Shown: in pieces, positions 26,886 to 37,353 of the stretch
How positions within the stretch are numbered: the stretch's first letter is position 1
Layout of the letters: each line of letters starts with the position of its first letter
From: Acidobacteriota bacterium
GTDB lineage: Bacteria > Acidobacteriota > Polarisedimenticolia > SMYD01
Direction of reading: 5' to 3'
Assembly (NCBI GenBank): GCA_046757405.1
Contig: JBHHYE010000001.1
Coordinates: forward strand, 69,900 to 133,899
Length of the DNA: 64,000 nucleotides
The notes under the pieces: model-generated
The model's database searches: none
Seen by the model: only the letters and a program-made list of their open reading frames with translations
What the model was told of the DNA's origin: nothing
Translations under genes and position numbers: made by a program

Positions 26886-27361
26886 GGGACGTCGTTCTGC
26901 CGCGGAGTCACTTCACAAAGCTCGAACAGCTGTCGGTCCGGCGTCAGCAGGAAGGCAAACCGTCTCCAGGCGGCGTGGTCGACCTGGAACCGCCGGAACG
27001 GAAGGCAGCGCGCCCGCCGCAGCCCGCGGATCGCTTCATCCAGATCGTTGACCGCATAGCAGATGTGATAGGCGCCGGCGCCGGCCCGTTTGAGGACGCC
27101 CTTCACCGGGGATTCCTCGGTCAGGCCCTCCACCAGCTCGATCATGGCACCTCCCGGCACCCGGAGGAAGCAGACCCGCACGTTTTCCGGAAAGACCTCC
27201 ACGGCCCTCCCTACACGCTCGAACCCGAAGACGCCCTCGTAATATTCCAGCGCGCAGTCGATGCTCTCTACCGCCACACCGACATGGTGAAACGTCATGC
27301 CGAGCCGGCGGCCGAGGGGAACACCCTCCGCCGCGGCCGGAGCATCGTCCAGCGTCGCCAT
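26882..27361 (-). CDS. VOC-family protein, methylmalonyl-CoA epimerase/glyoxalase-like
   Basis: MTFHHVGVAVESIDCALEYYEGVFGF...GAMIELVEGLTEESPV...GAGAYHICYAVNDLDEAI. Start taken at the internal Met (27361); the ORF track opens at 27577. Its stop overlaps the rSAM start (ATGA). Confidence 0.65.
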   Translation of the reverse strand: MATLDDAPAAAEGVPLGRRLGMTFHHVGVAVESIDCALEYYEGVFGFERVGRAVEVFPENVRVCFLRVPGGAMIELVEGLTEESPVKGVLKRAGAGAYHICYAVNDLDEAIRGLRRARCLPFRRFQVDHAAWRRFAFLLTPDRQLFELCEVTPRQNDVP

Positions 27362-27522
27362 CGGCCCGGACTCTAGCACAGCTAAGGACGGCCACCGCCG
27401 CCGCCAAGGTTCCCGACGGGGACGGCTGTGCGAGCGCTCACGTTCACATGCGATACGATATCCACTCGTCCAGCCGCGACCCTGCACGCGGTTGAGTGGG
27501 TCGCCGCGGTGGGCTTGAAGGG

Positions 27523-29796
27523 ATGCGCTCCATGCCATTCTGTCCCATGGGAAATCTCCCGTCTTCCTTTCGCCCATGGGCCCTCATGGTCCTGTGGATC
27601 GGACTCTGCCTGACGTTTTGCAGCGCCCCACCCGGCGGCGATTCCGCCACGCCGTCCGCCGACATCAACGCCTCGGCCTCCCATCAGCGCATGCGGCGAG
27701 AGCTGCGGCATGTCATCGAGGTGACGCAGCAGACCGACATCTACCTTGGAGACCACCTGGAACAGGAGCTGCGTGCGGAGCTCGCGGCCATGGAGCAAAA
27801 GCCGTCTCCCGAACGACTGCTGGCCCTTCGCCGCCTCGCGCTGGCGGAGCTGCACCTGGGACGGGAGCAGGAATCCCTTCGACTGTTCACCGAGGCCTAC
27901 CGCATGATTCCCCAGGTCGAGTCGCATCTGGAGAAGAGCGTGATCGACGTTCTGGTTTTTCTGGCGGGTCTCGCGTGGCTGCGGCATGGCGAGACCGAGA
28001 ACTGCGCGCGGCGGCACAACCCGGACAGGTGCCTGCTGCCCATCCAGGGTCAGGGTGTGATTCGCTGGTTGACGGCTCGGAACACGTGGTCAAGTTGTTC
28101 ACAGAGGTGCTGAAACGCACGCCAGGCGGATCGGTCCTGCATCTGCAGGCGCTGTGGTTGCTCAACATCGCCGCAATGACCCTCGGCCATTATCCAGACG
28201 GCGTCCCTGCCGGCTGGCGCATTCCACCCGAGGCGTTCGTTTCCGATCTGCCTTTTCCCCGCTTCCCCAACATCGCGGCTGCGCTGGGACTGAACACCCT
28301 CAGCCTTTCCGGGGGCGCTGTGGCGGACGATCTCGACGGCGACGGCGATCTCGATCTCCTCGTCTCCACCTGGCACCCCGCCGGAGAGATGAAGCTGTTC
28401 ATCAACAACCGGGACGGCAGCTTTACGGAGCGCGGTCAGGAGTCGGGCCTGGCGGGCATCACCGGGGGGCTCAACATGGTGCAGGCGGACTACGACAACG
28501 ACGGAGACGAGGATGTGTTCGTTCTCCGCGGCGCCTGGCTGGGGGCGGAGGGCCGGCCCCCCCAATTCCCTGCTCCGCAACCGCGGAGACGGGACTTTCG
28601 AGGACGTGACGTTTGCCTCCGGATTGGGGGACACATTCTTTCCCACCCAGACTGCATCCTGGGCGGACTACGACAACGACGGGGACCTCGATCTCTTTGT
28701 TGGCAACGAGACAACTCCCGGTCTGGCGGCGCCGTGCCAGCTCTTCCGGAACCATGGCGATGGGACATTCCGTAACGTGGCCGCCGAGGCGGGCGTCACC
28801 AACGACCGGTTCACCAAGGCCGTCGTGTGGGGGGACTACGATAACGACCGGCTGCCGGATCTGTATGTCTCCAACCTGGGCGGTCCCAACCGCCTGTTCC
28901 ACAACAATGGCGACGGCACCTTCACCGACTTGGCCGCCGAGGCTGGTGTCACCCGGCCGCGGGCCAGCTTTCCCTCCTGGTTCTGGGACGTTGACAACGA
29001 CGGCGCCCTGGACCTCTTCGTCGCTGCCTACACCGCCGACATATCCAGTATCGCCGCGTCGTTCCTCGGCCGGCCGGTGCGGGTCGAGCTGGCCCGCCTT
29101 TACCGCGGTGATGGCCGCGGTGGCTTCACCGACATCGCGGTCAAGGCCGGCGTTGCCGGACCGCATTCCCCCATGGGATCCAACTTCGGCGACCTGGACG
29201 GTGACGGCTTTCTGGATTTCTACCTGGGCACCGGCGATCCCGATTATTGCAACCTGATGACCAATCTCATGTTCCTGAACCAGTCCGGTGACCACTTCGC
29301 CGACGTCACCAGCGCCGGCGGGTTCGGTCAGCTCCAGAAGGGGCACGCCGTGGTCTTCGCCGACTTCGATGAGGACGGGGACCTCGATCTCTTTCAGCAG
29401 CTCGGCGGCGCGGTGCCGGGGGATGCCTTTTTCGATGCTTTCTATGAGAACCCCGGCTTCGGGAACCACTGGCTCTCCGTCGAGCTCGTTGGCATCCGAT
29501 CCAATCGCTCGGCCATCGGCGCCAGGCTCTTCTTGCAGGTCACCGATGACGGCCGACGACGATCGATTTACCGCTGGGTGAACAGCGGCGGCAGCTTCGG
29601 CGCCAATCCTCTCCGGCAGACCGTTGGCCTGGGTCACAGCCGGAGGATCGATCGCCTGGAGGTCTTCTGGCCGACCTCGGGGGCCACCCAGGTGTTCCAG
29701 AACCTGCCCGCCGACCGCCACGTTCGCATTCTGGAGGGTGAAGACCGGGTCGTGGAGCTGCCGCGGCCCCCGTTTGCACTCGCCCACCGCCCCTGA
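27523..29796 (+). pseudogene. CRTAC1-family protein (signal peptide, TPR-like N-domain, FG-GAP/VCBS repeats, ASPIC/UnbV C-domain), interrupted by two frame changes (~28068 and at the C7 tract 28557-28563)
   Basis: Three consecutive ORFs in frames 1/3/1 read as one protein: ...ENCARRHNPDRCLLPIQGQGV | DGSEHVVKLFTEVLKRTPGGSVLHLQALWLLNIAAMTLGHYPDGVP...DDLDGDGDLDLLVSTW...ADYDNDGDEDVFVLRGAWLGAEG | NSLLRNRGDGTFEDV...UnbV-ASPIC-like C-terminus. This may be sequencing error or genuine decay. Confidence 0.6.
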
Positions 29797-29977
29797 ACGG
29801 CCCCGTTCGTCAACCACTCGCGGCGGCCATGGCGAGCTTTCTCGAGAGGCCGGAGATGGTCCGGCCAGCGCGTTGAAGAAGCCGGGAAATCCCGCGCTTC
29901 CCCCTTGCGTATACTCTCCAGGCGATCCAGGCAACCCCCCGTCCGTCGGGGAGAGTTCGCGAGGAGGGACAACCGGC

Positions 29978-30883
29978 ATGGAGCTGAAGATCTCGAACCT
30001 TTTCAAGACATACCCCAACGGCACGGCGGCGGTTCGTGATGTCAACTTGACAATTCCTCCGGGCATGTTCGGCCTTCTGGGGCCCAACGGGGCGGGCAAG
30101 TCGACCTTGATGCGGATCGTCGCCACCCTGCAAGAGCCCGATTCCGGCAGCATGCATTTCGGCGATATCGATGTTCTGAAGAACAAACCGGCGCTGCGGA
30201 AAACCCTCGGGTACCTGCCGCAGGATTTCGGCCTTTATCCGAAGGTGACTGCCGAGAAACTCCTGGCGCATTTCGCGGTCCTGGAAGGAATCCTCGACCG
30301 GAAGGAACGCCGGCGCGTGGTGGACGCGCTCCTGGAGCGCACGAACCTGAAACAGTCCCGCCAGGTGAAGCTGGGGGAATACTCCGGCGGCATGCAGCAG
30401 CGCTTCGGCATTGCGGTGGCGTTGCTGGGAGAGCCGAAACTGATCATCGTGGACGAACCCACGGCGGGTCTGGATCCCGAGGAGCGCGTGCGGTTCCTGA
30501 ACCTGCTGGCTGAGATAGGGCGCGACAGCGTCGTGATTCTCTCGACCCACATCGTGGATGATGTGGCCGAGCTGTGCAGCCGCATGGCCATCATCGATGC
30601 GGGCGTCATCCGACTGCGGGCGGAACCCCCCGCGGCCATCCGGAGGCTGCGCGATCGCATCTGGCGGACCGTCATCGAAGCCGGCGATCTGGAGAGCTAC
30701 CGCGAACGGCACGTGGTGCTCTCGAATCGCCTGAACCTCGGACGCAACGTGGTCCGCGTCCATCACGAGGGTCCTCCCGGCGACGGCTTCGAGCCGGTGG
30801 AACCGGACCTGGAGGATGTCTACTTCGGCACCCTGCGCGGCCTCTTCGAGCCGGCCCCCAGGGCACAGGCCACGCCGGCATGA
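29978..30883 (+). CDS. ABC transporter ATP-binding protein
   Basis: Walker A GPNGAGKST, signature YSGGMQQR, Walker B LIIVDEPTAGLD, H-loop STHIV. GAGGAGGG RBS at 29961-29968. Confidence 0.85.
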   Translation: MELKISNLFKTYPNGTAAVRDVNLTIPPGMFGLLGPNGAGKSTLMRIVATLQEPDSGSMHFGDIDVLKNKPALRKTLGYLPQDFGLYPKVTAEKLLAHFAVLEGILDRKERRRVVDALLERTNLKQSRQVKLGEYSGGMQQRFGIAVALLGEPKLIIVDEPTAGLDPEERVRFLNLLAEIGRDSVVILSTHIVDDVAELCSRMAIIDAGVIRLRAEPPAAIRRLRDRIWRTVIEAGDLESYRERHVVLSNRLNLGRNVVRVHHEGPPGDGFEPVEPDLEDVYFGTLRGLFEPAPRAQATPA

Positions 30884-33800
30884 GCAAGTTCCTGAGACTC
30901 CTGCGCTTCGAGCTGGGCTATTACCTCAGCCGCCTCTCCATCTGGGTCTATTTCGCCGTCATGGCGTCCACGGCTTACATGATGATGATCACCTTCGGAG
31001 GCGCGTTTCCCGGCGTCAGCTCCGCCATCGAAGGTACCGACGGCAATGTCCTGGTCAATTCTCCGCACGTTCTGCTCATCCTGACCTCCCTGTTCGCCGT
31101 GTTCGGCACTCTGGTCGTGGCGGCCGTGGCCGGCAACGCGGGCCACCGCGACTTCGGTTGCAACATGCACCCGTTCGTTTTCACCACTCCGATCTCCAGG
31201 GTGCACTATGTGGCCAGCCGTTACATCGGCACGGTGATCGTCAACGTGGTGGTCCTTTCGGGGATCGCTTTCGGCCTATGGCTGGGCACTGTCATGCCGT
31301 TCGTGCAGGCCGATCGATTCGGCCCCAACGCGCTGGGCGCCTACGTGCGTCCCTACCTGCTCACAATCCTGCCCAATGTCCTGTTTACGTCCGCTATCTT
31401 CCTCGCCCTGGCCCTGCTCACACGCAAGCGCATGCCCCACTACATCGGCGGCGCGGGCCTCTTGCTGGGCTACCTGCTCTCGCGCACCCTCCTCGGCGAA
31501 TTGAGCACCAAGTGGATCGCCGCACTGACCGACCCGTTCGGCATCGGACCCATTCGCTTGGCCACCCAGTACTGGACCACGGTCGAGAAAAACACGCAGC
31601 TTCTCGGCATGTCGGGCTGGGTGCTCATCAACCGCCTCGTCTGGATCGGCGTGGCACTGGGGATCGTGGCCCTGGCAGTCGCTCGTTTCCGCTTCAGCCA
31701 GTCGGCAAGCGAGGGACGGAAAAGGAAACGGCACGATCAGGGGGCCATCGAAGCCGCCATCCCGGCCGCTCCGGTCACCGCCACGGTGCCCGCCGCCCAC
31801 CGCACCTTCGGCCGCCGCGCGGTCTGGGCACAGTGGCGCACGCTGACGGCCCGGTCCTTTCGCGAGGTCATCGCCAGCCCCTTTTTCTTCGCGATCCTGC
31901 TGGCGGGAGTGCTCTTTCTGATCCTCAACGCCTTGCAGCTTGAAACAATCTTCGGAACCCGCACCTGGCCCATGGCCTGGAAGGTCATCGAGATCCTGGG
32001 CGGCAGTTTCGGACTCTTCGTGATGATCCTCATCACGCTGTACGCCGGAGAGCTCGTCTGGCGCGAGCGCGACCTAAAGCTGGACCAGATCTTCGACGCC
32101 ATGCCCACGCCCTCCTGGATAGGATTCGTCTCCAAGCTGGCGGCGCTTTCCGCCATGGTCGTTCTGCTGCTCGCGACCATCATCGTGGCGGGAATGCTCA
32201 CCCAGGCCTTTCTGGGCTTTTACCGCTTTGAACCCGCCCTCTACATCGAGCAATTGCTCGGCATGCAGCTCGTCAACTATCTGCTTCTGTGCGTCCTCGC
32301 GCTGACCGTGCACACGCTGGTCAATCACAAGTACACCGGGCATTTCATCCTGGTGCTTGTTTACGTGGGCCTGGGCCTGGCGCCGCTGCTGGGCTTCGAG
32401 CACCCGCTATGGCGTTACGGATCGGATCTAGGCGATACCTACTCCGACATGAACCGGCTCGGCTGGTACCTCGGGCCCTTCTTCTGGTTCAAGCTCTACT
32501 GGTGCGGTTCGGCCGTGCTGATGGCCGTCTTGTCGAATCTCCTCTGGCCCCGCGGTGTCGAAGCGCGCCTCCGCCAGCGGTTGCGCCTGGCGAGACTCCG
32601 TCTGCGCGCCTCAGCCTCGGCGGCCACAGCAGCCGGCGTCGCGCTGTCTCTGGGCGCCGGCGGTTTCATCTATTACAACACCAACGTGCTGAACACCTAC
32701 CGCAGCGGCAACGATACCGAAAAACTGCAGGCACGCTATGAAAAGGAGTTCAAGCAGTACGAGGGGCTGCCCCAGCCCCGGATCACGAAAGTCTCCCTCC
32801 AGGTCAACCTGTACCCCGAGACCGGCAGAGTCGACGCTGAAGGCACCTACCAGTTCGTCAACCGCACCGGGAAACCGATCGAGAGACTCCACGTGCTTCT
32901 GGACCGTTCCGCAGTGATCGACAGGATGGAGTTCGGCGGCGGCGGGAAGCTGGAGCAAGAGGATTCCGAGCTCGGATACACGATCTACGCCCTGGCGCAT
33001 CCCCTGGCCCCAGGGGCCGCATCGACGCTCGATTTTTCGCTGGAATTCCCCCACAAAGGCTTCTCCCACACCATCCGCAACCAGGTGGTGCAAAACGGGA
33101 CCTTCGTCAACAGCACCATTCTTCCGAGCTTCGGATACGACCCGGGCGGTGAGCTGGCCCTGGATCGCACGCGCGCGAAATACGGCCTGCAGCCGAAGGA
33201 GCGGATGCGCGATCTGGACGATCCGGCCGGGCGGCGCAACAACTACATCTCCAGGGACGCCGACTGGGTCGGCTTCGATGCCGTCGTCAGCACCGCGGCC
33301 GATCAGATCGGTCTGGCGCCCGGGTACCTGCAACGCGAATGGAAAGAAAACGGAAGGCGTTTCTTCCAATACACCATGGACGCTCCCATCCTGGACTTCT
33401 TTTCCTTCCTTTCGGCGCGCTACACGGTGGTGCGTGATTCCTGGAACGAGGTCGCCATCGAGGTGTACTACAACCCCGGCCACGAGTTCAACGTGCAGCG
33501 GATGATCCAGGCGGTGAACAAATCGCTGGATTATTACTCTCGGGAATTTTCTCCCTATCAGTACCGCCAGGTGAGGATTCTGGAATTCCCGCGCTACGCC
33601 TCCTTCGCGCAGTCGTTTCCCAACACGATTCCATACTCCGAGAGCATCGGATTCATCGCGCGTGTCAAGAAGGATGACATCGACTATCCGTTCTACGTCA
33701 CAGCACATGAGGTCGCGCACCAGTGGTGGGCGCACCAGGTGATCGGGGCGAACGTGCAGGGAGCGACCGTGCTTTCAGAGACCCTGGCCCAGTATTCGGC

Positions 33801-34473
33801 CCTGATGGTGATGGAACATGAGTTCGGCAAGGACCAGATGCGCCGGTTCCTGGAATATGAGCTTGACCGGTACCTGCGCGGCCGCAGCACGGAACGCAAG
33901 AAGGAAGTGCCGCTGCTGCGGGCGGAGAACCAGCCGTACATTCATTACAGGAAAGGCTCACTGGTCATGTACGCGCTCTGCGACGCCATCGGAGAAGACG
34001 CCGTGAACCGGGCCTTGTCCCATCTCTTGAAACAGTGGGCCTTCAAGGGACCCCCCTACCCGACATCACGCGACCTGCTGGCTGTTCTGAAGGAAGAAAC
34101 GCCCCAGGATCTGAGGCCCTGGCTCTCGGATCTCTTCGAGCACATCACTCTGTACGAGAACCGCGCCACGAAGGCCGTGGCCCGCGCGGACGGGGAAAAC
34201 CGTTACGAGGTCACGCTGACCTTTGAGGCCCGCAAGGTGCACGCCGGAGAACGGGGAGAAGAAACCGAAGCCGCTCTCGACGATCCCATCGACATCGGCA
34301 TATTCGACAAGGAAGGTCATCCCCTCTACCTGAAAAAACACCGCATCGACAGCGCCACAAAGCAGATCACCGTGACCGTCGAGGGGAAGCCCGCCACCGC
34401 CGGTATCGATCCGTACCACAAGCTCATCGACCGGCATCCGCAGGACAACGAGGTCCCGGTCCAGGGGGTCTGA
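30881..34473 (+). CDS. Fusion protein: ABC-2-type permease (N-terminal, ~12 TM) plus M1-family zinc aminopeptidase domain (C-terminal)
   Basis: ATGA overlap with the ATPase. Two blocks of 6 TM helices, then gluzincin motifs HEVAHQWW (HExxH) and EGFAQY-like region (...SETLAQYSA...), and YRKGSLVMY. 1197 aa. Confidence 0.8.
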
Positions 34474-34666
34474 TCGCTGAGAGGATTCCCCCCGACGGGC
34501 CGCGCGAAGCCGGCTGGCATCCGGCCCGGAACCCGGCGGCTCCGGCGGGGACGCGCCGGTCCGGCATCGCTTGCAGAGGATCCCGGGCCGATCTAGGATG
34601 GGCCCCGAGACGATCTTCCCCGCAATTCACCGCGGCGCGGCTGCGGCCCGGCCCGCCCCAACACGA

Positions 34667-36292
34667 ATGGAGATGAGCGTGTCCCGATGCGAAATCACCA
34701 CGGCCTGCCTCGCCCTTCTTCTCGCGGCGCCGCTCTCCACGCCCGCCGCCAGCCATCACCACGGCGATCCTCCGGCCGGCGAGGAGCAGCAGATCCCGTT
34801 GTTCGACGGGCTGGGAAGCTTCCACCGCGCCGTCAGCACCTCCTCGGCCCGGGCGCAGGCCTACTTCGACCAGGGAATGATGCTCGGTTACGCCTTCGGC
34901 CGGCCGGAGGCCGCGCTCTCCTTCCAGGCCGCCGCCGAGATCGATCCTGACTGCGCCGCCTGCTACTTGGGCGAGGCCTGGACGCTGGGCCCGTACCAGA
35001 ATGAAAAGATGAGCGCGAAGAACGCGCCCCTGGCCTACGCGGCGGCACAGAAGGCGCTGGCGCACAAGGACCTGGCCAGCGACGTCGAGCGGGCGCTGAT
35101 CGAGGCGATGGCGGTGCGCTACGTGGCGGACCCGCAGCAGGAGCGGGCCGACCTGGACCAGGCCTACTCCGACGCCATGAAGGTGGTGGCCGAGCGCTTC
35201 CCCGGCGACCTGGACGTGAACGCGCTCTACGCCGAGTCGCTGATGGTGCTGCACCCGTGGGACCTGTACCCGGGGGGCAAGCTGCGGATCGAGGGCCAGG
35301 AGGCCATCCGTGTCCTCGAGAAGGTGCTGGCCGCCGACATCCACCACGCCGGCGCCTGCCACATGTACATCCATTCCGTGGAGGAGTCGTCCACGCCGGA
35401 GCGCGCCGAGGTCTGCGCCGATCTGCTGGCCGACGGCATCCCGCTCGGCAGCCATATCCAGCACATGCCCTCGCACATCTACATGCGCATCGGCCGCTAC
35501 GGCGACGGTGTGCGTGCCAACCAGAAGGCGCAGATGGTCGACCACCGGGCGAGGCGCGGCCAAGCCGTGGCCATCTATCCCAACCACAACACCAACATGC
35601 TGTGCTACGCGGCGTGGATGGACGGCCAGAGCGCCGTGGCGCTGCAGGCGGCCCGCGACCTGCAAGGTACCGGCCGCCGGGCCATGATGCTGCCGCTCAT
35701 GCTGGCTCGCTTCGGCCGCTGGGACGAGCTGAAGGCGATGCGGAAGGCGCCGAAGGGGCTTCTTCCGGAGGGGATCCGGCAGTTCACCCGCGGCCTGGCA
35801 TTCCTGCGCACGGGCGAGCCGGCGAAGGCAAGCAGGGCCCTGAACCGTCTGGAAAAGATCCTGGGCCGCGCCGACCCGGAGGAGACCTTCGCCCCCGAGA
35901 CCACCGACAAGCCGATCGACCTGCTCCGCATCGCCCACGGCATCCTCGCCGGCGAGACCGCCGCGGCGGCCGGCGAGACCGCCGCCGCGGTGCGCTACCT
36001 GGAGATCGCCATCGCCGCGGAAGACGGGCTCGAATACTCCGAGCCGGAAATCTGGCCGCTGCCGGCGCGCCAGATACTCGGCGCGATCCTGCTGGACGCC
36101 GGCCGGGCGAAGGAAGCGCAGCGGGTCTACGAGGAGGAGCTGGAGAACCACAGGGAGAACGGTTGGTCGCTGTTCGGACTGTCCGCCGCGCTGCGGGCGC
36201 AGGGGAAGGGCGGCGAGGCCGATGCTGTACGGGCGCGGTTCGAGGCCGCGTGGGCGCGGTCGGATGTGTGGCTCACAGCCTCGAGGTTCTGA
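34667..36292 (+). CDS. Secreted TPR-like helical-repeat protein of unknown function
   Basis: Signal peptide MEMSVSRCEITTACLALLLAAPLSTPAAS. Helical repeats, conserved-looking HMYIHSVE and HMPSHIYMRIGRY, and a C-terminal WLTASRF. Confidence 0.55.
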   Translation: MEMSVSRCEITTACLALLLAAPLSTPAASHHHGDPPAGEEQQIPLFDGLGSFHRAVSTSSARAQAYFDQGMMLGYAFGRPEAALSFQAAAEIDPDCAACYLGEAWTLGPYQNEKMSAKNAPLAYAAAQKALAHKDLASDVERALIEAMAVRYVADPQQERADLDQAYSDAMKVVAERFPGDLDVNALYAESLMVLHPWDLYPGGKLRIEGQEAIRVLEKVLAADIHHAGACHMYIHSVEESSTPERAEVCADLLADGIPLGSHIQHMPSHIYMRIGRYGDGVRANQKAQMVDHRARRGQAVAIYPNHNTNMLCYAAWMDGQSAVALQAARDLQGTGRRAMMLPLMLARFGRWDELKAMRKAPKGLLPEGIRQFTRGLAFLRTGEPAKASRALNRLEKILGRADPEETFAPETTDKPIDLLRIAHGILAGETAAAAGETAAAVRYLEIAIAAEDGLEYSEPEIWPLPARQILGAILLDAGRAKEAQRVYEEELENHRENGWSLFGLSAALRAQGKGGEADAVRARFEAAWARSDVWLTASRF

Positions 36293-36498
36293 CCTCTCCC
36301 CGAACCATAGCTTGGTCTTTCAGATGCGCCACCGGTGTCTTCCGGGCCGGACTGCATTCTGCCGCGCCGGCCCGCCGGGACCGCCGTTTCGTTTGGTGTT
36401 CCGACGGAACGATTCGTAGCACCTCATGCTCCCGCCGGAGCGCCCGGGAGAGCGGCCTCGGAATTGCCAGAGGCGCCTTTTCCTGAAAGGATGGGGCC

Positions 36499-37353
36499 AT
36501 GCGCCAGCAGATGGTACGGGGTGATTTCGGAAGGACCGGCGGCAAGCCGGCGGGCGGATCCGCCCGCCGGCCGGCTCTCTGGCTCCGGGAGATCCTCCTG
36601 CTGGCCCTCATCGCAATTTACGGCGCAGTCTCCATCATCGCCTACACCGATTTCCCGCGGCAGGATGCCCGCCCTCGACTGACTGATCTGGAGTGGCGGG
36701 GGCTCGAGCTGTGGCGCGAGCACAACTGCCAGGCGTGCCATCAGATCTACGGATTCGGCGGCTTCCTGGGGCCCGATCTGACCAACATGGTGGGCGAGGA
36801 CACGCCCGATGAAGCCTACCGGAGTGTGCTGACTTCAGGACTGAACCGGATGCCGGCCTTTCATCTCGATCAGAACGACCAGACGGCCCTGCTGGCATAC
36901 CTGCGCGCCATGAATCGCACCGGCAAGTCGCAGCCCGAACGGCTCGGGGCCCGCCGGGCCGTGGATTCCTGGAAGCATTACGGGCTGATCCTGGAGCAAT
37001 GGAAGCGGGACGGCGGCGCCCCGATCCCCGGGTCCGTCCGCCGCGGATACGGCGTCTGGGCCCGGAATCGCTGCGGGGTCTGCCACGTGCCATTCACGGC
37101 TGGGCGCCATCGCGCGCCGGATCTGTCCCAGCGGGCCGTCGATCGGTCGATTCCTACCCTGACCGCGCTGCTCAGGGACGGCAAGAACAACATGCCCGCC
37201 TACACCCTGGACGACGCCCGGATCGCCGACCTGGGCTCCTTCCTGGAGTGGGTGGCGCTGCACCGTTCCGACCTGGTGGCCTTGAACGATCAGATGCTGG
37301 AGCGTGAGCCCTTCTCCTGGACCGCCGTTCCATGGTTCGAGTACGCACCGTGA
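36499..37353 (+). CDS. Membrane-anchored diheme c-type cytochrome
   Basis: TM anchor ILLLALIAIYGAVSIIAY and two CXXCH motifs (NCQACHQIYGFGGFLGPDL; CGVCHVPF). Confidence 0.75.
   Translation: MRQQMVRGDFGRTGGKPAGGSARRPALWLREILLLALIAIYGAVSIIAYTDFPRQDARPRLTDLEWRGLELWREHNCQACHQIYGFGGFLGPDLTNMVGEDTPDEAYRSVLTSGLNRMPAFHLDQNDQTALLAYLRAMNRTGKSQPERLGARRAVDSWKHYGLILEQWKRDGGAPIPGSVRRGYGVWARNRCGVCHVPFTAGRHRAPDLSQRAVDRSIPTLTALLRDGKNNMPAYTLDDARIADLGSFLEWVALHRSDLVALNDQMLEREPFSWTAVPWFEYAP

Noticed and set aside
30574-34473. 1299-aa ORF starting at 30574 inside the ABC ATPase gene
   Set aside because: The first ~100 aa are an out-of-frame overlap with the ATPase (Arg/Pro-rich). The permease-peptidase fusion begins at ATG 30881 (MSKFLRLL...), overlapping the ATPase stop.
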